Source: Halodesulfurarchaeum sp. (GTDB taxonomy: Archaea; Halobacteriota; Halobacteria; Halobacteriales; Halobacteriaceae). Taken from it: a stretch of DNA of 58,050 bases. Location: contig JBDGUI010000026.1 of assembly GCA_042216015.1 (NCBI GenBank), positions 1 through 58,050 on the forward strand, given 5' to 3'. The notes under the pieces were generated by a model, which was not told where the DNA came from, did no database searches, and saw only the letters and a program-made list of their open reading frames with translations. The position numbers and the translations under genes are program-made. Below are positions 49,449-58,050 of the stretch, piece after piece (position 1 is the first letter of the stretch; every line of letters starts with the position of its first letter).

Positions 49449-51521
49449 TCAGTCCGCACTCGATTCGGTGACGTCGACGGAGATGGTGGCGGCGGCCACC
49501 TTGAACTCGGGGATTTTCGCCACCGGGTCCATGGCATCGTTCGTCACCCGGTTCGTGGGCGAATCCTCGAAGTGGGGGGTCGTCCACACGACTCCCCGCT
49601 TCGTGGCCTCGGTCACGTTCGCTCGAACGTCGATCTCCCCGCGTCGGGTTCGCAACTGGACCATGTCGTCGTCCTCGATCCCCCGCTCCTCGGCGTCTTC
49701 CGGATGAATGTCGATGAAGTTGTGATCGGTCTTCCGCATGAGGTTCTCCGAGCGCCGGCTCATCTCTCCGGTGTTGTAGTGTTCCTCGATGCGGCCGGTC
49801 GTGAGTACGAGCGGGTACTCCTCGTCCTCGACCTCGGCCGGTGGCTGATGGCTCACACCGCGGATCTTCCCGAGCCCGTCCTCGGTCGGGAACTCCTCTT
49901 TGTGGAGGTACTGAGTCCCCTCGTCGTCCTCGCTCTCGACGGGCCACTGCATGCCCGTCTCGCCGATTCGGTCGTAGGTGAGCCCGGCGTAGATCGGGGC
50001 GACCTCGCGGAGTTCCTCGAAGACCTCCTCGGGGTCCCCGTAGGCAAAGCCCTCGCCGAACAGACGCGTACCGATCTCGCTCAGGATGTCGAAGTCGTGG
50101 CGGGTATTTCCCGGGACGTCGACGGCGGGACGCATGCGCTGGACGCGGCGGTCGGTGTTCGTCACCGTACCGCCACGTTCGACCCACGAGGTCGCCGGCA
50201 GGACGACGTCGGCGAGCTTCGCGGTCTCGGTCATGAAGATGTCCTGGGCGACCATGAACTCGAGTTCCCCCAGATTCTCCCGGACCTCGTCGGAGTTCGG
50301 CTCGCTCAGGACGGGATTCTCGCCCATGACGTAGAGCGACTGGATCTCCTCGCCGGCCGCGTTCGTCACCTCGAGACTCGTCAGGCCGTTCTCAGCCGGC
50401 GGCTCGAAGCCCCAGACCTCGGCAACGGCGGCTCGATCCTCGGGATCCTCCACCTCGCGGTAGCCCGGCAGGACGTTGGGAAGCGCGCCAACGTCGCTCG
50501 TCCCCTGGACGTTGTTCTGCCCGCGAAGCGGGTTGATCCCGGTTCCCGGCTTTCCCAGGTTCCCGGTCACGAGCGCGAGATTGATGAGGTTCTGGACGTT
50601 GTCGGTGCCACATGACTTCTGGCTCATTCCCATGCCCGTGAAGATGGCCCCGTTCTCGGCCTCGGCGAAGGTCCGGGCGGCCTCCTTGACCGTCTCGGCA
50701 TCGACTCCGGCGGTTTCGGCGGCCTCTTCGACGTCGAAGTCCGCGAGTTCGGTCTCCAGGGACTCGAATCCCCTCGTCCGCTCGGCGATGAACTCCTCGT
50801 CGTAGAGGCCTTCCTCGAGGATCGTCTTCAGGACGATGTTCAAGAGCGGGATGTCCGTGCCCGGCTTGACCTGCAGGTGGACGTCCGCGGACTTCGTGGT
50901 CTTGTTCTCGTGGGGGTCGACCTGGATGACCGTCGTCCCCTCGTTTGCGGCCTGCTTGAAGTACTTCGAGTGGCCGATGACGTGCTGCTCGGCCGGATTT
51001 GCCCCCTGGATCCAGTAGACGTCACTTGCCTCTTTCAGATCGGCCATACTGTTGGTCATCGCACCCGTGCCCAGACTGTCACGCAGCGCAGCCACGGTCG
51101 AGGCATGACAGAGCCGGGTGCAGTTATCGATATTGTTCGACCCGTATCGCCGGGCCAGCTTCTGGAGGAGGTAGTTCTCCTCGTTCATCACCTGCGAGGA
51201 GGCGAAAAAGCCCGCGGCTTCCGGTCCGTACTCCTCGCGAATCGACTCGAGTCCCTCGACGACGCGGGAGATGGCCTCCTCCCAGGTCGCCTCTCGAAAC
51301 TCACCGTCTTCCTTGATGAGGGGTTCTGTCAGGCGGTCCTCGTGGTCGACGTGCTGGACGGCGGCACTTCCCTTCACACAGAGTGCGCCCTCGTTGACCG
51401 GGGCGTCGAACCACGGTTTGAAGTTCACCGATCCGGGCTCCTCGCCCGGCTCGAGTTTGAGCCCACAGCCGACCCCACAGTACGGGCAGATCGTCTTGAC
51501 CGAATCGTCCTCAGTGCTCAT
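49449..51521 (-). CDS. fdhF: Formate dehydrogenase alpha subunit (FdhF/FdhA-like, Cys type), copy 1
   Basis: CPYCGVGC...CVKG, NEENY, IDNCTRLCHAST, LRGQNNVQG, GTVTNTDRRVQ, DPVAKIPEFK; no Tat leader; alternative ATG at 51533. Confidence 0.92.
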   Translation of the reverse strand: MSTEDDSVKTICPYCGVGCGLKLEPGEEPGSVNFKPWFDAPVNEGALCVKGSAAVQHVDHEDRLTEPLIKEDGEFREATWEEAISRVVEGLESIREEYGPEAAGFFASSQVMNEENYLLQKLARRYGSNNIDNCTRLCHASTVAALRDSLGTGAMTNSMADLKEASDVYWIQGANPAEQHVIGHSKYFKQAANEGTTVIQVDPHENKTTKSADVHLQVKPGTDIPLLNIVLKTILEEGLYDEEFIAERTRGFESLETELADFDVEEAAETAGVDAETVKEAARTFAEAENGAIFTGMGMSQKSCGTDNVQNLINLALVTGNLGKPGTGINPLRGQNNVQGTSDVGALPNVLPGYREVEDPEDRAAVAEVWGFEPPAENGLTSLEVTNAAGEEIQSLYVMGENPVLSEPNSDEVRENLGELEFMVAQDIFMTETAKLADVVLPATSWVERGGTVTNTDRRVQRMRPAVDVPGNTRHDFDILSEIGTRLFGEGFAYGDPEEVFEELREVAPIYAGLTYDRIGETGMQWPVESEDDEGTQYLHKEEFPTEDGLGKIRGVSHQPPAEVEDEEYPLVLTTGRIEEHYNTGEMSRRSENLMRKTDHNFIDIHPEDAEERGIEDDDMVQLRTRRGEIDVRANVTEATKRGVVWTTPHFEDSPTNRVTNDAMDPVAKIPEFKVAAATISVDVTESSAD

Positions 51522-51692
51522 GGTAATTGGCATCCCGGAGACCCGGGTTCGGTTGGAATTGGGGACAGATGATTAATAAGGTTCGGCAGCGGGGGGATGT
51601 CGCCGGCTCTCTCAGGTTCGGTTCGTCCAGGCAAATCCCGATCCCGCTCTCAAATACGGAAAACGGGGAATTCGTGGCGAATGTGGGCCGGT

Positions 51693-53393
51693 TTAGAAGA
51701 GCCCGGAGATCGTGCCGTCGGCGTCGATGTCCATGTCGGCGGCCGCCGGGCGGGCGGGGAGGCCGGGCATGGTCATGACGTCACCGGTGAGCGCGACGAC
51801 GAACCCGGCACCTGCGGATGGGTAGAGTTCGCGGACGTCGAGCTCCCAGTCGGTCGGGACGCCCTTCTTGGAGGCGTCGTCGCTGAAGGAGTGGAAGGTC
51901 TTCGAGAGGACGACCGGCACGTCGTCCAGGCCCATCTCCTTGAGCTGGGCGATGTCCTCCTCGGCGGAGCCAACGTAGTTGACCCCGCCGGCGCCGTAGA
52001 TCTTCGTCGCAACCGTCTCGATTTTCTCCTTGAGCGAGGCATCGAGGTCGTAGAGCGGGGCCCAGTTGCGGTCTTCGTTCTCGACCTTGTCGACGATTTT
52101 CTCCGCGAGTTCAGCACCGCCCGCGCCGCCCTCGCCGAAGACGTTGGACTCGGCGGCCGGGACGTCCATCTCCTCCTCGTAGTGCTCGATGATCGCGTCG
52201 ATCTCGGCCTGGGTGTCCTGCGGGAACCGGTTGATGGCCACGATGACGGGCACGCCGAACTGCTGCAGATTGCGAACGTGCTTGTCGAGATTCGGGAACC
52301 CGGCCTTGACGGCCTCGACGTCCTCATTCTCGAGCTCGTCGGCGTCGAAGGGCCACATGTCCTTGCCGTGGTACTTGAGTGCCCGGGCGGAGGCCACGAG
52401 CACCATCGCGTCGGGGTGGATGTCACTGAGCTGGCTCACGACGTTGTTGAACTTCTCGCCGCCGAGGTCCGAGCCGAAGCCGGCCTCGGTGATGAGGTAA
52501 TCGCCCATCTTCAGGCCGACCTTGTCCGCGATGAGGGAATTGGTGCCGTGGGCGATGTTCGCGAACGGACCGCCGTGGACCAGGGCCGGGGTCCCTTCGA
52601 TGGTCTGGACGATGTTCGGGCGAAGCGCGTCACGGAGCAGGATCGTGGCCGCGCCGGCGGCCTCGATGTCGCCCGCGGTGACGGGGTCGCCGTCCTCGTC
52701 GTAGGCGACGATGATACGACTGATGCGCTCTTTGAGGTCTCCGAGGTCCTCGGCGAGGCAGAGAATGGCCATCAGCTCGGAGGCGGCCGTCAGGACGTGT
52801 TCGTCCATCCGGGTGACGCCAGCCGAGTCGCCGGCGCCGACGATGGTCTGGCGCAGGGCACGGTCGTTGTGGTCGACGGCCCGTGGCCACGCGACACTCG
52901 TCGAGTCGATTTCAAGTTCGTTGCCCTTCGAGATGTGGGCGTCGAGCATCGCGGAAATCAGGTTGTGAGCCGCCGTGAGCGCGTGGATGTCCCCCGTGAA
53001 GTGGAGGTTGATGTCCTCCATCGGGAGCACCTGCGACCAGCCTCCGCCGGCCGCGCCGCCCTTGATCCCGAAGACTGGGCCCAGAGAGGGCTCGCGGATG
53101 GCGATCATCGCGTCCTCGCCGATGTGGTTGAACGCCTGGCTGAGTCCGACGGTGGTAACCGTCTTCCCCTCGCCCATCGGTGTCGGCGTCATGCCGGTCA
53201 CGAGTACGAGATTGCCGTCCTCCTCGTCGCTCTCGAGGAGGTCGTCGATGGCCTCCTCGCTGATCTTGGCCTTGTAGTCTCCGTAGAGTTCGAGGTCATC
53301 CTTCTCGAGTCCGAAGGGTTCGGTGACCTCCCAGATCGGTTTCTCGTCTACGGATTGTGCGATCTCGTAGTCAGTCTCTGGTTCCGAGGACAT
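51693..53393 (-). CDS. fhs: Formate--tetrahydrofolate ligase
   Basis: TPTPMGEGKT, REPSLGP.FGIKGGAAGGG, NLHFTGD, VHGGPFANIAHG, TEAGFG.DLG.EKF, MTMPGL. Confidence 0.97.
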   Translation of the reverse strand: MSSEPETDYEIAQSVDEKPIWEVTEPFGLEKDDLELYGDYKAKISEEAIDDLLESDEEDGNLVLVTGMTPTPMGEGKTVTTVGLSQAFNHIGEDAMIAIREPSLGPVFGIKGGAAGGGWSQVLPMEDINLHFTGDIHALTAAHNLISAMLDAHISKGNELEIDSTSVAWPRAVDHNDRALRQTIVGAGDSAGVTRMDEHVLTAASELMAILCLAEDLGDLKERISRIIVAYDEDGDPVTAGDIEAAGAATILLRDALRPNIVQTIEGTPALVHGGPFANIAHGTNSLIADKVGLKMGDYLITEAGFGSDLGGEKFNNVVSQLSDIHPDAMVLVASARALKYHGKDMWPFDADELENEDVEAVKAGFPNLDKHVRNLQQFGVPVIVAINRFPQDTQAEIDAIIEHYEEEMDVPAAESNVFGEGGAGGAELAEKIVDKVENEDRNWAPLYDLDASLKEKIETVATKIYGAGGVNYVGSAEEDIAQLKEMGLDDVPVVLSKTFHSFSDDASKKGVPTDWELDVRELYPSAGAGFVVALTGDVMTMPGLPARPAAADMDIDADGTISGLF

Positions 53394-53796
53394 ATCACTT
53401 CAACCGTTCGCCGCATCCCCACATTAATCTACTCATCTTGCCTGATAGGACGACGGGCGACTGTCCCCGTCTCGGCGGCTGTCTCGCCCGGATCGATCTC
53501 GGTCGAATACGTCGCTTCGAAAATCAAATTTGGTTTGTAACCACATAGCACGCGTCGAAATGGCCGATTCTCCCACATCGATAGATTCGTCTGGCGGGGT
53601 CTCCCTGCCACTCGACCGTGTCTCGTTGCGCCCCCTGGTCCCTCGTTATCCCGTAGTAATACAATTGACAAATCTGATCTCGTCTGGCGCCCCTCTTTCA
53701 CCCAATATTGTCAAATCTACTCAATTTTTCAACAGGTCTGGCACTCTTCTCTTCCTTCACGGCGAAACGGCACAGAACGGGTGGCTTTCCTGGCGA

Positions 53797-55260
53797 TCAG
53801 GCCTCGTCCATGATCCGGGCGGACTCCTCCTCGACGAAGGCGTTCAGGGCGTCCTGAATGTCCTCGTCGAGTTCCGGCTTCGAGTAGGCCTCGAGGTGCT
53901 CCTGGACCTTGTCGTGGCCCATCTCGAAGGCGGTCTTCTCACCGTCGTCCTTCCAGTCACCGTGGGAGCGCTTGTCAACGAGTTCGGGGATGAGGAAGTC
54001 CTCCCCAGCGAACTTCAGGGTGTGGGACTCGCCGAGGAAGTGGTCGTCGGGATCGATCTTCTCGACGACGTCAAGGGCGAGCATCTCCTCGTCGATGGTG
54101 TAGCCTTCCTGGAAACGGTCGAGGAAGCGAAGGGCTTCCGCGTCGAGGACGAATTTCTCCGGCGAGATGGTGGAATAGGACTCGATGATGCCGGCCGCGT
54201 GGAGAATGAAGTCCACGCCGGAGAACTCCGTGGCCATGTTGACAAGCATCGACTCGAAGCCGGCCTGGTAATCGACCGTCTTCGAGTCAGTGAGCCCCCC
54301 ACCACCACGGGAGGGAACGCCGTAGTACCGGCCCATCGTCCCGGCGAAGTTCGCGAAGAGCGCGGACTCCGCGCTGCCGATCGAGAGCGACCCATAGCGC
54401 ATGTCGAGGTTCGAGGCCGGGACCCCGTAGACGACGGGGTTGCCGGGGTTGATGAGCTGGGCGAGGGCGATGCCCATCAGGTTCTCCGCGTTCGCGAGTG
54501 CAACCGCGCCGGCCATCGTGCCCGGTCCGGACGCGCCGGCCTGGATGAACGAGGAGACGACGGGCGCCTGACCCTCCTTTGCGAGGCCGACGAGCCCGCC
54601 GGTCATCGCCTTATCGTGGGTTCGTGGTGGGACGGTGTTGACCAGGCCCGCCGCGTAGGTCTTCGAGAGGTCCGGATCGTCGACGGCGATGCCGACCATC
54701 TCGAGGTTGGCGTCCGTCCGGTCCTGGCCGTAGGTCGAGACCATGACCGGCAGGTCGGTGTACTCGAGCGAGCGCTTGACCATTTCGAGGTGCTTGACCT
54801 CCTGGTCGACGTCGGTCGGTTCGGCGGCATTGTAGCCCGTCGAGTTGATCACGTCCTCCTGCTGAGCCAGTTTCATGAACAGCTCGTAGTCCTCGACCGT
54901 CGAGCTGCGCCGACCGTCCTCGAAAGTGCGGATGTTCGGTGCCCCATATCCCGGCGCCCGGAAGGTATCCCCGCCGCCGATTTCGAGGTTGTTGTCTGGG
55001 TTCCTGGCATGCAGAGTGAAGGACTCGGGTGCTTCCTCGACCTTCTCCTCGATCAGCGAGCGGTCGGCCTTGACGAGATACTCGTCCTCGATGGTTGCAC
55101 CTGCCTCCTCGAAGTACTCGATCGCCTCGTCGTGCTTGACTTCGATACCCAATTCTTCGATGATGTACATCGAGGCCTCGTGAATGGCGTCACGCGCCTC
55201 CTCGTCGAGGCGGTCGATATACGGCGTCTGCTGTGTTTCGAGATCGAATTCGAGACTCAT
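53797..55260 (-). CDS. Non-pyrrolysine trimethylamine methyltransferase (MttB) family, MtgB-like glycine betaine:corrinoid methyltransferase
   Basis: APESFTLHARNP, PGYGAP, EPTDV, GASGPGTMAG, NAENL, LDMRYG, PSRGGGGLTDSK.VDYQAGFES, HAAG; no in-frame amber codon. Confidence 0.9.
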   Translation of the reverse strand: MSLEFDLETQQTPYIDRLDEEARDAIHEASMYIIEELGIEVKHDEAIEYFEEAGATIEDEYLVKADRSLIEEKVEEAPESFTLHARNPDNNLEIGGGDTFRAPGYGAPNIRTFEDGRRSSTVEDYELFMKLAQQEDVINSTGYNAAEPTDVDQEVKHLEMVKRSLEYTDLPVMVSTYGQDRTDANLEMVGIAVDDPDLSKTYAAGLVNTVPPRTHDKAMTGGLVGLAKEGQAPVVSSFIQAGASGPGTMAGAVALANAENLMGIALAQLINPGNPVVYGVPASNLDMRYGSLSIGSAESALFANFAGTMGRYYGVPSRGGGGLTDSKTVDYQAGFESMLVNMATEFSGVDFILHAAGIIESYSTISPEKFVLDAEALRFLDRFQEGYTIDEEMLALDVVEKIDPDDHFLGESHTLKFAGEDFLIPELVDKRSHGDWKDDGEKTAFEMGHDKVQEHLEAYSKPELDEDIQDALNAFVEEESARIMDEA

Positions 55261-55341
55261 AGCGTACAACACGACTATCGATGGTTCGCCAGTTAAGTAT
55301 ACCTGATGCTGCCCGGATTTCGCCGGTACCAACAACCCCCG

Positions 55342-55746
55342 TCAGTTCCGGTCGTCGTACCCGCCTTCAGCGACCTCGTATTCGCCGAAGTCCTCCCTGG
55401 TTCCGATCGGTGGCGCCCCGAACATGATCCAGACGGTGGGCTCATCGCCAGTGTTCAGCACCTGTCGCGGGACGCCAGACCCCACTCGAACGATACCTCC
55501 CTCCGGAACCTCGTGGTGCTCGCCGTCGATATACACCTCTCCGGCCCCGTCATGACAGACGTAGATCTCCTCCTGGCGCCTGTGGGTGTGATAGCCGACG
55601 ATCTCGCCCGGGTCGACGGTGACCTGATTCACCCGCATCTCCTGGGCACGCAATTCGCCGGAGAGTTTGCGGTGGGTCACGCCGGATTCGGGAAACGGCG
55701 TCTGTGGGATCGAGTCGGGATCGACGATCCGGTAGTTCTTCGCCAT
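55342..55746 (-). CDS. Cupin-domain protein
   Basis: YHTH..QEEIY...G.G motif 1, G..VRV....PRQV.N motif 2. Confidence 0.82.
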   Translation of the reverse strand: MAKNYRIVDPDSIPQTPFPESGVTHRKLSGELRAQEMRVNQVTVDPGEIVGYHTHRRQEEIYVCHDGAGEVYIDGEHHEVPEGGIVRVGSGVPRQVLNTGDEPTVWIMFGAPPIGTREDFGEYEVAEGGYDDRN

Positions 55747-55822
55747 CGATCGGCCCTTCGACAGCCGTCCTGAAAAAGGCGCGTGTCGGTCGAAAACCGC
55801 CCCCGAACAGGAAAAATCCCGG

Positions 55823-57868
55823 CTACTCCGCGAGCGAGACGGAGACACCGCTGTGCTTGAATTCGGGGATCTTCGCCACCGGGTCGAGGTAATCCCCGAC
55901 GAGAGTGTTGACGAGCGGCTCGGCGTAGTGGAAGGTCATGAACACCGTCCCCTCCGTGATCGCCGGTGTCACGGCGACCTCGACCTCGACCTCGCCCCGC
56001 TCGTTTTCGACGGTCACCCAGTCGCCGTCCTCGATACCTCGCGCCTCCGCGTCGCTCGGGTGCATCTCGAGGGTGTCCTCCCCGCGCATGCGCATGAGCG
56101 TCTCCGTCCGGCGGGAGAGCGCCCCGCTGTTGAAGTGCTGGAGGACCCGACCAGTCGTGAGCACGAGTTCGCCCTCCTCGAGTTCGTCCCCCGGCGGGAT
56201 GTGTCCAACCGCGGCGAACTCGGCGGTTTTCGAGCCGCTGTAAAACTCGCCTTCGTGGAGCACGTCGACGCCTTCATCGGTTCCCTCGTAGAAGGGCCAG
56301 CGCTGGTAGCTCTCCCCGATGCCGTCGTAGGACATGCCCGCGTAAATCGGGCTCACCGACGTGAGTTCGTCGAAGACCGCCTCCGGATCGTCGTACTCGA
56401 CGTCGAGGTCGGTCATCCGGCGACCGAACTCCTGAATGATTTCGAGGTCAGTTTTCGCGTCCCCCGGCGGGTCCCGCATCTGGCGCATCAGCTGGACCCG
56501 ACGGTCGGTGTTCGTCACCGTGCCGGTCTTCTCGGCCCAGGCGCTGCCCGGCAGGATCACGTCGGCGTGTTCGGCGGTCTCGGTCATGAAAAGGTCCTGG
56601 ACGACGAGGAAGGCCTCATCGAGTTCCTCGCGGATACGGCCGGAATGCGGTTCGGTGATCGCCGGGTTCTCGGCGAAGACGTAGAGGCCCTGGATCTCCT
56701 CGCCCGCGGCGTGACTCGCCTCGACCTCCGTGAGTCCCGGCTCGGCCGGCGGTTCGAATCCCCAGGCCTCCTCGAAATCGGCCCGGACCTCGGGGTCCTC
56801 GACGGACTGGTAGCCCGGAAGCGAGCTCGGGCTGGCGCCCACATCGCCGGCGCCCTGAACGTTGTTCTGGCCCCGGAGTGGATTCACGCCCGTTCCAGGT
56901 TTGCCGATGTTTCCGGTGAGCAGCACGAGGTTGATCAGCGCGTGGACGTTGTCGGTCCCGTACTTGTGCTGGCTCATGCCCATGCCGGTGAAGGCGGCGG
57001 CCCGCTCGGCCTCGGCGAAGGTCCGGGCAGCCTCGCGGATCGTCCCCTCCTCGACCTGCGCCAGTTCGGCGTTCTCTGTCACGTCGACGTCGGCGAGGTG
57101 CTCCTGGAAGGCCTCGAACCCCTCGGTGCGCTCCTCGATGAATTCCTCGTCGTACAGCCCCTCTTCGAGGATGACCTTCGCCATGGCGTTCAGCACGGGA
57201 ATATCGTAGCCCGGGGTGACCGGGACGTGCTGGTCGGCCTGTCGGGTGGTCTGATTCTCGCGCGGGTCGACGTGAATCAGTTCGGTCCCGTTTCGGATTG
57301 CCGGCCCGAGGTGAGAGTTGAAGATGACCGGATGCTGCTCGGCGGGATTGGCACCGCAGGCGAGGAACACGTCGGCCTCGCCGAGGTCGTCGGTGGTATT
57401 GGTCATCGCGCCCACGCCAAGGCGGTCGGCCATGGCGGCGACAGTGGAGGCGTGACAGAGTCGCGCGCAATTGTCGATCGTGTTCGTTCCGATCTTTCGG
57501 GCGATCTTCTGGAGGAGGTAGTTCTCCTCGTTCGTGCAGTTCGAGGAGGCGAAAAAGGCAAGCGCCTCGGGTCCGTGTGCCTCGACGATCTCGGAGAAGT
57601 TCTCGACGATCCGGTCGAATGCTTCGTCCCATGAAGCCGTCACCAGATGGCCGTTCTCCCGGACCATCGGTTGTGTCAGCCGATCGTCGGCGTCGAGCAT
57701 CTCGAAGGCGGCTGCTCCCTTCGGGCAGAGCTCGCCTCGGGTGTTGACCGATGCTTCCCAGCCGGTTCCTTTGCCGTTGTCCGCGTTGTACGTCAGTCCA
57801 CACCCGACCCCACAGAAGGGGCAGATGGACTTTTGCGGCTCCAGTTCGCCGTCACTGGCTGTTGCCAT
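55823..57868 (-). CDS. fdhF: Formate dehydrogenase alpha subunit (Cys type), copy 2
   Basis: CPFCGVGC...CPKG, NEENY, IDNCARLCHAST, LRGQNNVQG, DPVAKIPEFK. Confidence 0.92.
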   Translation of the reverse strand: MATASDGELEPQKSICPFCGVGCGLTYNADNGKGTGWEASVNTRGELCPKGAAAFEMLDADDRLTQPMVRENGHLVTASWDEAFDRIVENFSEIVEAHGPEALAFFASSNCTNEENYLLQKIARKIGTNTIDNCARLCHASTVAAMADRLGVGAMTNTTDDLGEADVFLACGANPAEQHPVIFNSHLGPAIRNGTELIHVDPRENQTTRQADQHVPVTPGYDIPVLNAMAKVILEEGLYDEEFIEERTEGFEAFQEHLADVDVTENAELAQVEEGTIREAARTFAEAERAAAFTGMGMSQHKYGTDNVHALINLVLLTGNIGKPGTGVNPLRGQNNVQGAGDVGASPSSLPGYQSVEDPEVRADFEEAWGFEPPAEPGLTEVEASHAAGEEIQGLYVFAENPAITEPHSGRIREELDEAFLVVQDLFMTETAEHADVILPGSAWAEKTGTVTNTDRRVQLMRQMRDPPGDAKTDLEIIQEFGRRMTDLDVEYDDPEAVFDELTSVSPIYAGMSYDGIGESYQRWPFYEGTDEGVDVLHEGEFYSGSKTAEFAAVGHIPPGDELEEGELVLTTGRVLQHFNSGALSRRTETLMRMRGEDTLEMHPSDAEARGIEDGDWVTVENERGEVEVEVAVTPAITEGTVFMTFHYAEPLVNTLVGDYLDPVAKIPEFKHSGVSVSLAE

Positions 57869-57976
57869 GCTATTATTGCGGTTGTTTTCGCTGCATTATA
57901 AGACAGGTGGATTTGCTTCCGTCGGGCGAGGTGGATCGACAAAGGTTTTGCGGTGGGATCGGTTTGTACGCCTACC

Positions 57977-58049
57977 GGGCTCGTGGTCTAGTGGTCATGA
58001 CGCGTCCCTTACAAGGACGAGATCGGCGGTTCGACTCCGCCCGAGCCCA
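57977..58049 (+). tRNA. tRNA-Val(TAC)
   Basis: Acceptor stem GGGCTCG/CGAGCCC plus discriminator A; anticodon arm CGTCC-CTTACAA-GGACG; T-arm GGCGG-TTCGACT-CCGCC. Confidence 0.95.
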
Positions 58050-58050
58050 T

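Noticed and set aside
53530..55296. Long antisense or alternative-frame ORFs (also 51597-53540, 55853-57634, 37751-39469, 30679-32223 and others)
   Set aside because: They overlap motif-supported genes, have no recognisable motifs, and are expected from high GC and codon bias
49449..57868. Selenocysteine in the Fdh subunits or pyrrolysine in the MttB homologue
   Set aside because: Both Fdh have Cys in RLCH and all three frames are open with no in-frame TGA or TAG
1..58050. Whole window as a tRNA-bounded genomic island or provirus
   Set aside because: No integrase, transposase or viral genes; the only tRNA-end repeat I saw is 106 bp from the tRNA; many housekeeping genes are present; tRNA-Val's 3' end faces out of the window
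1..58050. CRISPR array or IS element
   Set aside because: No regularly spaced repeats, cas genes, transposase motifs or terminal inverted repeats seen

Overview
GC-rich DNA encoding acidic proteins, consistent with a haloarchaeon (class Halobacteria); the gene content suggests an anaerobic or facultative lifestyle. The window runs from the 3' part of tRNA-Arg(GCG) to tRNA-Val(TAC). The left part (1-32.4 kb) holds a disulfide oxidoreductase, an ECF transporter, PitA/ChdC, a metal/NO block (FmdE-like, P1B ATPase, HMA protein, qNor, ArsR), azf, mptD, mvaD, a cobamide salvage operon with BtuF, and a FolC-FolP fusion. The main find is the ~25 kb cluster at 32.4-57.9 kb, which looks like a near-complete corrinoid- and tetrahydrofolate-dependent pathway for anaerobic demethylation and oxidation of glycine betaine or a related quaternary amine. 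It encodes a BCCT importer, a non-pyrrolysine MttB-family methyltransferase, a corrinoid protein, a stand-alone MtrH-like (MtgA-type) methyltransferase, an ASKHA-type corrinoid reactivase, a dimethylglycine dehydrogenase-like enzyme with EtfBA, MetF, FolD, Fhs and two formate dehydrogenase alpha subunits. Other observations: a duplicated ~68-bp promoter/operator plus a frameshifted copy of the HMA gene in front of qNor, an AOR homologue that appears to lack its Fe-S cysteines, and a tRNA 3'-end duplication enclosing nested hairpins. All product calls are from motif recognition by eye; no database searches were run.
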